Assembly: GCA_037137655.1 (NCBI GenBank)
Contig: JBAXJX010000001.1
Coordinates: forward strand, 496,194-560,193
Direction of reading: 5' to 3'
DNA from: Candidatus Falkowbacteria bacterium
Lineage (GTDB): Bacteria > Patescibacteriota > Patescibacteriia > Patescibacteriales > UBA12465
DNA length: 64,000 nucleotides
In this document: positions 8,596-17,229 of the stretch, piece after piece
How positions within the stretch are numbered: position 1 is the stretch's first letter
Layout: every line of letters begins with the position of its first letter
Notes under the pieces: generated by a model
What the model was told of the DNA's origin: nothing
Databases searched by the model: none
What the model saw: the letters and a program-made list of their open reading frames with translations, nothing else
Translations under genes and position numbers: made by a program

Positions 8596-9390
8596 CTAAA
8601 TTAAACCCTTCTTTTTAGCGCCAACAAAAATAGCTGAAGCTAATAATAGCAGACCGGAAACTAAAAGAATTAAAGCCGTGCTGTCTGTCGGAGCAACGCC
8701 CGTGTTTGGTAATTTTGGCACAGCAGTAGCAACTACCACAGTCGCTACAGCCAAATCTCTAACTGTCGTGCCATTAGCTTCACCACTAGCCACAACTGTG
8801 TTAGTTGTAGTCTTGGTAAGTTTGCTTTGGCAAGTATACACAAAGGTTTCACTTGGTTGAATTTTGTAATCATGATTAATATCACCCGAAACATAATTCA
8901 ACGGACTACATTTATCATCGGAGATTTTAATATTACTTAAATCCACTGTTCCAGGATTAGTAATTTTTTCAGTGTAAGTAACCATTCCACCGCCCGCTGG
9001 CAATTTTAATGGATTTGGAACTTTAGTCACATGAATAAGTGGTGGCACAAGAGGAGAGCCAACTACTACTGTCGCGCTCGCAATATCAACCGCGCTAATA
9101 CCGTTAGCCCAACCAGTGGCCACAACTGTATTAGTGTGAGTTTCATTAAGAGTTGTCGCACATTTATAAACCCAAGTTTCATTAACTTCTAATTTGGCAT
9201 TATTATTAATGTCACCAGAAGCTAAAGTTATCGGACTACAAGTATCACCAACCATAGTTATATTACTCATTGGAACTGTTCCAATATTGCGCACGGTATA
9301 AGTATAATTAACTAATCCAGGACCAGCTGGTAACGCTAAAGGGCTTGGCACTTTAACGACATCAATCAGTGGTGGAACTGGAGCGACCAC
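8596..9390 (-). CDS. LPXTG-anchored surface protein with two DUF11/CARDB-like repeats of about 100 aa; apparently 5'-truncated, with no signal peptide
   Basis: The C-terminus LPNTG + hydrophobic stretch + KKKG is a sortase sorting signal. There are two repeats of the form VKVPxPLxLPAGxGxVxYT...NTVVA(T/S)G. The frame is closed by TAA at 9432..9430 and has no ATG upstream. The only start is GTG at 9390, inside a repeat-boundary sequence. Confidence 0.6.
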   Translation of the reverse strand: MVAPVPPLIDVVKVPSPLALPAGPGLVNYTYTVRNIGTVPMSNITMVGDTCSPITLASGDINNNAKLEVNETWVYKCATTLNETHTNTVVATGWANGISAVDIASATVVVGSPLVPPLIHVTKVPNPLKLPAGGGMVTYTEKITNPGTVDLSNIKISDDKCSPLNYVSGDINHDYKIQPSETFVYTCQSKLTKTTTNTVVASGEANGTTVRDLAVATVVVATAVPKLPNTGVAPTDSTALILLVSGLLLLASAIFVGAKKKGLI

Positions 9391-9411
9391 AACCGCGCCA
9401 ATATTAGAAAA

Positions 9412-9449
9412 ATAAAAAAGTCCTGAATCTTAAAAAAGAAACAGGACTT
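9412..9449 (-). terminator. Terminator of the lipoprotein gene
   Basis: Minus strand has AAGTCCTG / CAGGACTT as an 8-bp stem, followed by TTTTTT. Confidence 0.5.
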
Positions 9450-9456
9450 ATAAATT

Positions 9457-10122
9457 TTATTCAAACAAAAACTTGTTATAATGGCCACTGCTAAAATCAA
9501 TAGCGATTAAGCGATGTGGGCCCGGGTCAGACACCCAACCATTTTTCACATTAGCGATAAAAACATTGCCTTTATAATAAACTAAATCGATCAAAGAAAA
9601 ACTGTGTTCATAGTTTTCGTCACGCAGCGACTTTAAATCAAATTCGTAAAAATTTTCCGGATCAAAACTAATAATAAATAAATGATCGGATTTAATTTTT
9701 ACAAAAGCATAGTTGTGACTAGCACCGACAAAAACATTAGTTTTTTCCAAGTAATCTTTATTGTAAGGGCTATGCCAAGCGCTAAAAAAAACATCTTTAC
9801 CATCAATAAAAACTCTGGTAGCACCATCGCAACGTGTAAAATCCGAGGAAAGTCCAGGGACAATACTGTCACCACAATTATTATCACACAACGAATCAAT
9901 AACTTGGATTCTTTTAGTGCAACTATAAACCGCGCGAAAATTAAATAGAACCTGTTCCTTCGAGCCTTTTATATAAGCCTCCAGGATATTGCCTTGATTT
10001 AAATTATTTAAATTATTATCGCAAATTTTCACAGGAACAAATACCTGACTTTGGCCTTCATTATGACATGACGAGGCTAGTAGCAACGAAAAAGCAAAAA
10101 ACACTAAGCTGTAATTTTTCAT
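9457..10122 (-). CDS. Putative lipoprotein, Cys-rich, function unknown
   Basis: I trimmed the ORF-track start (10221) to the internal ATG at 10122. The longer version overlaps the tRNA terminator hairpin. The shorter one begins MKNYSLVFFAFSLLLASSC, a signal peptide with a lipobox-like ASSC. Confidence 0.6.
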   Translation of the reverse strand: MKNYSLVFFAFSLLLASSCHNEGQSQVFVPVKICDNNLNNLNQGNILEAYIKGSKEQVLFNFRAVYSCTKRIQVIDSLCDNNCGDSIVPGLSSDFTRCDGATRVFIDGKDVFFSAWHSPYNKDYLEKTNVFVGASHNYAFVKIKSDHLFIISFDPENFYEFDLKSLRDENYEHSFSLIDLVYYKGNVFIANVKNGWVSDPGPHRLIAIDFSSGHYNKFLFE

Positions 10123-10204
10123 GATAAAATTTTTAAAGGTTAGACATTTATTTGGGAAGGTACAAATTGATATAAGATTACAACACAAGATTTTAATTAT
10201 GTCA

Positions 10205-10236
10205 ATAAAAAAACCTGCCACAGAGCAGGTTTTTTG
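10205..10236. terminator. Hairpin terminator downstream of tRNA-Ser
   Basis: ACCTGC-CACAGA-GCAGGT, flanked by an A-run and a T-run. Confidence 0.6.
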
Positions 10237-10239
10237 TTT

Positions 10240-10329
10240 TGGCGGAAGGTGAGAGATTCGAACTCTCGATACCGATTAAAGTATACACGCTTTCCAAGCG
10301 GGCGCACTAGACCACTATGCGAACCTTCC
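10240..10329 (-). tRNA. tRNA-Ser (anticodon GGA), class II with long variable arm and encoded CCA
   Basis: Minus strand reads GGAAGGTTCGCATAGTGGTCTAGTGCGCCCGCTTGGAAAGCGTGTATACTTTAATCGGTATCGAGAGTTCGAATCTCTCACCTTCCGCCA. Acceptor stem is GGAAGGT/ACCTTCC. T-arm is GAGAG-TTCGAAT-CTCTC. Anticodon loop is TTGGAAA. Confidence 0.9.
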
Positions 10330-10361
10330 ATTACTTTATGCAGTTTAAACAAATTAAGAGA

Positions 10362-11108
10362 TTATTGCAAATGTCGTGCCACAATACTCTTTAAACCTTC
10401 TAATTTCTTGCCATTAGTGTCTTGTCCATCATCAAATGACCGAGCACCAACCACCAATTCTCCGTTCACAAAAGTAGTTGGACTACCAAATACCATAGAA
10501 TTAGCCACTTTATCTATAACGCTATTTACAGCAGTGACACTGGCATCAGCCGACAAACAAGCAGAAAATTTAGCTTTGTCCATATCAAGACTTTTAACGT
10601 AACCACTAAAATTAACCATGGTCAAAGAACTACTGGCCGTATCAGCTAAAATTAAATCACGCATTTCCAAAAATTTTCCTTGCTCCGCTGCGCATGACAC
10701 TGCCACCGCACTATTAAATCCTAAAGTATCACCTTTAAAAACAAAGGGGCGATAAGCGATAACAATTTTATCAGCATACAAAGCTTTTACTTGCTTCAAT
10801 GTTTCATTAAGCTTGGAAGAATAAACATCATTTAAATTTTCATACACAATTACTTGAACACCGGCTTTAATATCACCCGAAATATTATCAGTAGCACTAA
10901 TAACTGGCAATTCCCCGTTTGGAGTTTGAGCTAAAGCAGTGCGATTTATTTTTAATAATTCACTCGCCGCATCCGAAGCTTGTTTGCTAACATTTTTATT
11001 TGCTTCATTTTGACTAACCGGTTTTTTAAAGACAAACATAAATAAAAAAATAATCGCTAAAACTAAAACCAATGAAACTAAAATTGTCGTGATTGTTTTT
11101 TTGTTCAT
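10362..11108 (-). CDS. DsbA/thioredoxin-like membrane-anchored protein lacking the CXXC active site
   Basis: N-terminal TM segment. DsbA-like landmarks are AAEQGKFLEMRDLIL and FGSPTTFVNGE (cis-Pro loop). Where CPxC is expected the sequence reads VIVYENLNDVYSSKL. Confidence 0.65.
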   Translation of the reverse strand: MNKKTITTILVSLVLVLAIIFLFMFVFKKPVSQNEANKNVSKQASDAASELLKINRTALAQTPNGELPVISATDNISGDIKAGVQVIVYENLNDVYSSKLNETLKQVKALYADKIVIAYRPFVFKGDTLGFNSAVAVSCAAEQGKFLEMRDLILADTASSSLTMVNFSGYVKSLDMDKAKFSACLSADASVTAVNSVIDKVANSMVFGSPTTFVNGELVVGARSFDDGQDTNGKKLEGLKSIVARHLQ

Positions 11109-11122
11109 ATTTTTAAAATAAT

Positions 11123-12571
11123 TTATATATTTGCCTTCGCAAAATTTTGTTCGGGATTTAAAGATTTAGCCACTCGTAATAATTCCGCTTCGCCCATTTT
11201 TTTGCCAATCAACTGAACACCAATTGGCAAATTATTAATCAGGCCAGCTGGAACTACCACGGCTGGTAACCCAGCCAACGAAGCTGAGCTCACAAAAATA
11301 TCCTCTAAATACATTTGAATCGGATCATCAACTTTTTCCCCAATCTTAAAAGCGGCTGTTGGTGTCGTCGGCGCCAAAATAATATCCACCTGTCCAAAAA
11401 CTTTAGCAAAATCAAGTGCAATCATTTGACGCACTTTATTCGCCTTCTTGTAATAAGCATCATAATAACCAGCGCTCAAAGCATAAGTACCAAGCATGAT
11501 ACGACGTTTTGCTTCTGGACCAAATCCACCGCCACGATTCTTAGCATAAATCTCCGCTAAATTTTTCGCCGTCTCATCAAAATAACCATAACGCAAACCA
11601 TCGAGTCGCGCTAAATTAGAACTAATTTCACACGGGGTAATAATATAATAAGCCGGCACACTATATTTAGTATGCGGTAAAGAAACATTCATAATCTCCG
11701 CGCCCGCTGCTTTCAAAATTTCAGCCTGAGCCATAATTAAATCACGCACCTCCGATTTAATGCTGTCCGTAAAATATTCGGCCGGTAAACCAACCTTCAA
11801 ACCTTTCACTCCGTTATCTAAATTTTTTAAATAATCATCTGGCGCAACCGAACTGGCCGTGGCATCAAAATCATCTTGTCCAGCAATCGCTTGCAAAACC
11901 AGAGCCGCGTCTTCCACGGTTTTAGAAATCACCCCAACCACATCAGTTGAGGAAGTCATCGCCATTAAACCATGACGAGAAATTCTACCATAGCTTGGTT
12001 TTAATCCAACCACACCACAGAAACTCGCTGGTTGTCGAATTGAACCACCAGTGTCACTACTTAAACCGAATAGGCACATATCCGCCGCTACCGCCGCGCC
12101 ATTGCCACCAGAAGATCCGCCCGGTACACGTTCTAAGTCCCATGGATTTTTTGTTATTTGATAAGCAGAATTTTCCGTCGAAGCACCATGACCGAATTCA
12201 TCCATATTAGTTTTTCCTAATACTACAGCTCCAGCCGCATTCAATCTTTCAACTGCTGTCGCGTTATAGGGTGCAATATAATTTTTCAATATTTTGGAAG
12301 CCGCTGTCGCTTGAATTCCGGCAACAGTAATATTATCTTTCACTAAATACGGTATACCAAGCAAGTCGCCGGTTTCACCAGCCGCAATTCTCTTATCAGC
12401 TGCCGCTGCTTGCGCTAAAGCTTCTGCTTCACACACACAAAGACAAGCTTGAATTTTAGCATCCAAACTTTTTATTCTATCAAGACAAGCGGTAGTTAAT
12501 TCCACGGAAGTAATTTTTTTCTCATGCAATAATTTCGCCGCCGCACTAATTGTTAATTTATTTAATTCCAT
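11123..12571 (-). CDS. gatA: Glu/Asp-tRNA amidotransferase subunit A
   Basis: Amidase signature GGSSGGNGAAVAA and SDTGGSIRQPASFCG. 482 aa. It starts 1 nt after gatC. Confidence 0.92.
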   Translation of the reverse strand: MELNKLTISAAAKLLHEKKITSVELTTACLDRIKSLDAKIQACLCVCEAEALAQAAAADKRIAAGETGDLLGIPYLVKDNITVAGIQATAASKILKNYIAPYNATAVERLNAAGAVVLGKTNMDEFGHGASTENSAYQITKNPWDLERVPGGSSGGNGAAVAADMCLFGLSSDTGGSIRQPASFCGVVGLKPSYGRISRHGLMAMTSSTDVVGVISKTVEDAALVLQAIAGQDDFDATASSVAPDDYLKNLDNGVKGLKVGLPAEYFTDSIKSEVRDLIMAQAEILKAAGAEIMNVSLPHTKYSVPAYYIITPCEISSNLARLDGLRYGYFDETAKNLAEIYAKNRGGGFGPEAKRRIMLGTYALSAGYYDAYYKKANKVRQMIALDFAKVFGQVDIILAPTTPTAAFKIGEKVDDPIQMYLEDIFVSSASLAGLPAVVVPAGLINNLPIGVQLIGKKMGEAELLRVAKSLNPEQNFAKANI

Positions 12572-12572
12572 A

Positions 12573-12863
12573 TTATTCTAAAACGCGATGAACCTTAATT
12601 TGTCCACCATCAAGTTCGCTGGCCTGCGCCAAAGCATTGTTACGTTCTGCCTCATTCCAATCAATCGCTTCATCAGCGCGAAATTCACTCGGGCTGTCGG
12701 AAACATTATTAATAGCATCCACTTCAGAAGTATCGACGTCTTGCAATTGGCCGACGTAATCCAAAATCTTCGGCAACTGTGCACCGTATTTTTCCAGTTC
12801 CGCCGGAGTAAGCTCCAGGCGCGCCAAATTGGCAATGTGTTTTATATCTTCGTTATTAATCAT
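12573..12863 (-). CDS. gatC: Glu/Asp-tRNA amidotransferase subunit C
   Basis: 96 aa, with IKHIANLARLELTPAELEKY..LPKILDYVGQL typical of GatC. It sits immediately upstream of gatA. Confidence 0.88.
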   Translation of the reverse strand: MINNEDIKHIANLARLELTPAELEKYGAQLPKILDYVGQLQDVDTSEVDAINNVSDSPSEFRADEAIDWNEAERNNALAQASELDGGQIKVHRVLE

Positions 12864-12864
12864 A

Positions 12865-14934
12865 TTATTTAATAAGTTTTAAAAATTCCCCTTCGGATAA
12901 AATATTGACGCCTAATTGTTTAGCTTTCTCATATTTACTGCCTGGTTCAGCACCGACAATTACATAATCAGTTTTAGAGCTAACCGATTCGGCCATTTTT
13001 CCTCCCAATTCTCTAATTTTAGCCTTTGCCTCATCTCTTGTCAAACTAAGAAGTGAGCCGGTGAGCACAAAACTTTTGCCATTAACATTATCATTTTTTT
13101 GTTTAGGCGCGGCGAGCGGTTTTAAGCTAAGGCCATTTTTAGTAAACTTATCCAAAAGATGTAAATTATGTTCGTCATGAAAATAATCATAAATACTTTT
13201 GGCCACGATCGGACCAAAGTCGTTAATCATTTCCAAATCTTCCAAACTCATCGCACTAACTTTTTGTACTAAATCTTGAATACTTTTTATTTTACCGAGT
13301 AAGGTTGCCAAAGCCAAAGCTGACTCTTCGCCAATATGACGAATACCAAGTGCATAAATAAAGCGCGCTAAACTTATTTCGTGACGGTCGGCGATAGCGG
13401 CAATTAAATTGTCCGCCGACTTTTCAGCAAAACGCTCCAGATTTGATAAATCAATTTTTTGTAAACTATAAAAATCAGCCGCATCCTTAATCAGACCAAC
13501 ATTAAAAAGTTGTTCAATAATTTTTGGTCCCAAGCCATCAATATCTACGGCTGTTTTAGAAACGAAGTGTTCTAAGTTGCGTAAGGAAACGGCGTAACAT
13601 TTTTTATTAGCACAACGATAAGCCACCTCACCTTCCACTTGGCGCACGACACTCTCACAAATCGGACAAGTTTTAGGCACGACAATTTTTTGTTCCTGAC
13701 CGGTACGCAAATTTACGAGCGCTTCCACCACCTTCGGAATCACATCACCGGCGCGTTCAATAATAATCGTATCACCGATTTTAATTCCGAGGCGTTCAAT
13801 CTCATCCATATTATGTAAAGTAGCTCGACTAATCGTCGCGCCACCAACATTCACCGGTTCTAACACCGCTGTTGGTGTTAAAGTCCCAGTGCGCCCAACT
13901 TGCCAAATAAGATCAATAATCTTAGTGGTGGCCTGTTCAGCAGCAAATTTATAAGCCATAGCAAAGCGCGGTGCCTTACCAATAATACCTAATTCCTCCC
14001 ATAATGCCAGGTTATTTATCTTTACAACAACACCATCAATATTAAAATCCAATTTATCCCGTTGCTTTTCCCAATGACGGTGAAATTCAAAAACTTGTGC
14101 AAGATCTTTGCACAGCCGATTATGTTTGACGATTTTAAAACCCAAGTCATCGGCTAATTTATCAGCGTCAACCCGAGTTTTAACTTTGGCGCTTAATTCT
14201 TCGGACACCGAAACTGTTGGTAAATCATATTCATAAAACTCTAGTTTTCGTTCCGCCATTACCAATGAATCCAATTGACGAATCGATCCGGCGGCCGCAT
14301 TCCGTGTGTTGGCCAATTCCGGTTTACCTAATTTGGCGTATTTTTTATTCAAGGCCGCGAGTGTCGATTTTTTCATAATCGCTTCCCCGCGCACTTCAAA
14401 TATCGGCGCCGAAATTTTTAGCTTAGCAAGTGGCACATCAATTGATAAAGGAATACTTTCAATCGTTTTAATATTTTGCGTCACATCTTCCCCAACGCGA
14501 CCATCACCACGAGTTGAGGCTTGTACTAGCAAACCGTTTTCGTATTTTAAATTAATTGCCAGGCCGTCTAATTTTAATTCGCAATAATATTCTAAACCGG
14601 TAAGTGAAATTCCATTAGCTGTCGCATAATTAAAAACCCGCGCTTCCCAGTCACGCATATCTTGTTCGGAAAAAGCATCGAAGAGTGACAACATTCTTTT
14701 GGAATGTTCCACTTTAACAAATTTATCAAGAGGTGCTCCACCGACTCTTTGTGTTGGTGAGTCTGGTGTAATTAAATCCGGATACTCTTGCTCCAAGCGA
14801 AAAAGCTCGAGCTTTAAACTATCAAGCGCCGCTTCGGACATCGTTTCTTTGTCCAGCACATGATAATTATACCGATGTTTATCGATTTCCAAACGTAATT
14901 TTTCTATTCGGTTTTGAGCTTCTGATTTAGTCAT
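12865..14934 (-). CDS. ligA: NAD-dependent DNA ligase
   Basis: Adenylation motif CELKLDGLA, a four-Cys zinc finger (CPICES..CANKKC), HhH region and C-terminal BRCT (FVLTGSL). 689 aa. Confidence 0.95.
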   Translation of the reverse strand: MTKSEAQNRIEKLRLEIDKHRYNYHVLDKETMSEAALDSLKLELFRLEQEYPDLITPDSPTQRVGGAPLDKFVKVEHSKRMLSLFDAFSEQDMRDWEARVFNYATANGISLTGLEYYCELKLDGLAINLKYENGLLVQASTRGDGRVGEDVTQNIKTIESIPLSIDVPLAKLKISAPIFEVRGEAIMKKSTLAALNKKYAKLGKPELANTRNAAAGSIRQLDSLVMAERKLEFYEYDLPTVSVSEELSAKVKTRVDADKLADDLGFKIVKHNRLCKDLAQVFEFHRHWEKQRDKLDFNIDGVVVKINNLALWEELGIIGKAPRFAMAYKFAAEQATTKIIDLIWQVGRTGTLTPTAVLEPVNVGGATISRATLHNMDEIERLGIKIGDTIIIERAGDVIPKVVEALVNLRTGQEQKIVVPKTCPICESVVRQVEGEVAYRCANKKCYAVSLRNLEHFVSKTAVDIDGLGPKIIEQLFNVGLIKDAADFYSLQKIDLSNLERFAEKSADNLIAAIADRHEISLARFIYALGIRHIGEESALALATLLGKIKSIQDLVQKVSAMSLEDLEMINDFGPIVAKSIYDYFHDEHNLHLLDKFTKNGLSLKPLAAPKQKNDNVNGKSFVLTGSLLSLTRDEAKAKIRELGGKMAESVSSKTDYVIVGAEPGSKYEKAKQLGVNILSEGEFLKLIK

Positions 14935-14937
14935 ATT

Positions 14938-16071
14938 TTAGTAAAGCGCATATTTAGCATTTAAATAAGTTTCCACTTGTTGGCGTTCAGTATCACTTAA
15001 GGCGCGGTTGTACATAATAATTTCAGCGATGTCGCCATTAAGGAAATAACCACCAATTGGAGGAACAACACCACTGTCATTATTATAAGCTCCAACTAAA
15101 AAATTATATGGAGAAATCATTGAATAATTTGAAGTAATAGACGTTACACCCTTACTAATTGAATTAATAAAAACCGTATTAGACGGACTAGTGCTCGTGC
15201 TATCAACTATCATTGTCATTAAATTAGACTGCCCCGAAGAAACAGATGGAAACCACATAGTGCGAGTTGCGTTATCAAGATAAAGAAAACCAAAATTATT
15301 ACCAGCCTCATATAAAATTGAATACCTTAAAGGGGCTCCGCCATACAAAGATTTTGAAATAAAAGCACCTTGGCTTGTATTAGACTTTCCCACAATGAAT
15401 AAACTGGCACCGCTTGATTGAATATTACCAACACCAGAACCGCCATCCAAATAATCATTATTACCATCAAAGCGCACCACTGGATTACCATTTAAAGCCC
15501 CAGGAATTAACAATGGCTGATTAAATTGACTGTTCTGAATTACATTATTACCGTTATTACTTTGATCATTCCATGAAGTAACATAATTACCGGTCGCGGT
15601 CGCCACGCCAGAGCCGGCATTTAACCAGATAGCCAAACCAGATAAAGTACTAGGAGTAAATGTTTGAGTGGAGCTTGGAGTTGATGTTGGAATTACGACC
15701 GGAACGGTATATGAAAATTCTAAATCACGGTGCACTTTTTTGTAATTACCTGAGGCAACAAAAGAATATGGTGAAGAGGCTGATAAACAATCAATTAAAT
15801 AACTAGCATTATTCAATAAGGTGCTAGTGCCAAAAATATTCCCTCCCGGACAAGCTGTAAAAATATTAGGGTTAGTTTTTATTTCATAACGCGTTTTCTC
15901 TTCCCCAGCTTCTGCCGCATAGTAAGCACGGAAAGATTGAGCTTGGCTATCACCGGCTTTAACCGCAATCATCGTCATATAACCAACCGCAAAAGTAATC
16001 ATAAAAACTCCCGACAAAATGAAGAGAGTAATCAAGAGGATGCTGGCTGGTTTTTGGGATTTACTTTTCAT
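14938..16071 (-). CDS. PilX/GspK-like minor pilin fused to a C-terminal LamG-like domain (paralog A)
   Basis: Hydrophobic N-terminus without Glu5 (KPASILLITLFILSGVFMITF). PilX_N-like SQAQSFRAYYAAEAGEE. Pro/Ser/Thr linker. LamG-like part runs WLNAGSG..SWNDQSNNGNN..NGNPVVRFDG..LNGDIAEIIMYNRALSDTERQQVETYLNAKYALY. Confidence 0.7.
   Translation of the reverse strand: MKSKSQKPASILLITLFILSGVFMITFAVGYMTMIAVKAGDSQAQSFRAYYAAEAGEEKTRYEIKTNPNIFTACPGGNIFGTSTLLNNASYLIDCLSASSPYSFVASGNYKKVHRDLEFSYTVPVVIPTSTPSSTQTFTPSTLSGLAIWLNAGSGVATATGNYVTSWNDQSNNGNNVIQNSQFNQPLLIPGALNGNPVVRFDGNNDYLDGGSGVGNIQSSGASLFIVGKSNTSQGAFISKSLYGGAPLRYSILYEAGNNFGFLYLDNATRTMWFPSVSSGQSNLMTMIVDSTSTSPSNTVFINSISKGVTSITSNYSMISPYNFLVGAYNNDSGVVPPIGGYFLNGDIAEIIMYNRALSDTERQQVETYLNAKYALY
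15545..16032 (-). repeat. Copy 1 of a 488-bp block shared by the two tandem LamG-pilin genes, identical by eye
   Basis: Compared by eye with 16693..17180 (offset 1148). I saw no mismatch. The flanks on both sides diverge immediately. Confidence 0.85.
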
Positions 16072-16076
16072 TAGAA

Positions 16077-17228
16077 TTAATAAATTGCGTATTTGGTATT
16101 TAAATAAGATTCGACTTGCCCGCGTTCAGTGTCGCTTAAAGCGCGGTTGTACATAATAATTTCAGCGATGTCGCCATTAAGAAAATAACCACCAATTGGA
16201 GCGCCGCCGCCGTTACTAGAATTATAAGCGCCCACTAAAAAATCATAAGGTGAGGTCATTGAATAGGTTGAGCTTAAAGCTGAAGTTCCAGCTAAGGCAG
16301 AATTAATATAAAAATGGTTAACTGAATTTGGCTTATCAGCTATTGCCGCCATTAAATCCATATTACCATACGAGTGAGATGGCATATTTACTGAATGATA
16401 AGTGCTATTGTTATCTTCTACATATAAAAAAGAAAAACCGCCTTGCCATTGCGGGTCATACTCTACGGAATATCTAGCATCAGCAGCAGCGAAAGCCGAC
16501 TTTGAAACAAAAGCACCTTGATTTGTATGAGACTTCCCCACAATAAAAAAACTGGCACCGGTTAACGGAATATTACCAATGCTAGAACCACCATTTAAAT
16601 AATCATTATTACCATCAAAGCGCACCACCGGATTGCCATTTAAAGCTCCAGAAACTAGTATTGGTTGATTAAATTGACTACCCTGAGTTACGTTATTACC
16701 GTTATTACTTTGATCATTCCATGAAGTAACATAATTACCGGTCGCGGTCGCCACGCCAGAGCCGGCATTTAACCAGATAGCCAAACCAGATAAAGTACTA
16801 GGAGTAAATGTTTGAGTGGAGCTTGGAGTTGATGTTGGAATTACGACCGGAACGGTATATGAAAATTCTAAATCACGGTGCACTTTTTTGTAATTACCTG
16901 AGGCAACAAAAGAATATGGTGAAGAGGCTGATAAACAATCAATTAAATAACTAGCATTATTCAATAAGGTGCTAGTGCCAAAAATATTCCCTCCCGGACA
17001 AGCTGTAAAAATATTAGGGTTAGTTTTTATTTCATAACGCGTTTTCTCTTCCCCAGCTTCTGCCGCATAGTAAGCACGGAAAGATTGAGCTTGGCTATCA
17101 CCGGCTTTAACCGCAATCATCGTCATATAACCAACCGCAAAAGTAATCATAAAAACTCCCGACAAAATGAAGAGAGTAATTAAAAGAATGCTAGCTGGTT
17201 TTTGGGATTTAAATTTTATCATGAACAA
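16077..17228 (-). CDS. PilX/GspK-like minor pilin fused to a C-terminal LamG-like domain (paralog B)
   Basis: About 175 N-terminal residues are identical to paralog A. The central and C-terminal LamG region is divergent. The C-terminal motif LNGDIAEIIMYNRALSDTERGQVESYLNTKYAIY is conserved. Confidence 0.7.
   Translation of the reverse strand: MFMIKFKSQKPASILLITLFILSGVFMITFAVGYMTMIAVKAGDSQAQSFRAYYAAEAGEEKTRYEIKTNPNIFTACPGGNIFGTSTLLNNASYLIDCLSASSPYSFVASGNYKKVHRDLEFSYTVPVVIPTSTPSSTQTFTPSTLSGLAIWLNAGSGVATATGNYVTSWNDQSNNGNNVTQGSQFNQPILVSGALNGNPVVRFDGNNDYLNGGSSIGNIPLTGASFFIVGKSHTNQGAFVSKSAFAAADARYSVEYDPQWQGGFSFLYVEDNNSTYHSVNMPSHSYGNMDLMAAIADKPNSVNHFYINSALAGTSALSSTYSMTSPYDFLVGAYNSSNGGGAPIGGYFLNGDIAEIIMYNRALSDTERGQVESYLNTKYAIY
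16693..17180 (-). repeat. Copy 2 of the 488-bp identical block
   Basis: See 15545..16032. Confidence 0.85.
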
Positions 17229-17229
17229 A

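Noticed and set aside
10123-10221. N-terminal extension of the lipoprotein ORF (MAGFFIDIIKILCC...)
   Set aside because: It would start inside the hairpin terminator that follows tRNA-Ser. The internal ATG at 10122 gives a proper signal peptide and lipobox.
9412-10329. Integrated mobile element at tRNA-Ser
   Set aside because: I could find no integrase, recombinase or phage gene, and no direct repeat of the tRNA 3' end. Only a single lipoprotein gene lies between the tRNA and the truncated LPXTG gene. I kept it as a rearrangement hypothesis rather than calling a mobile element.
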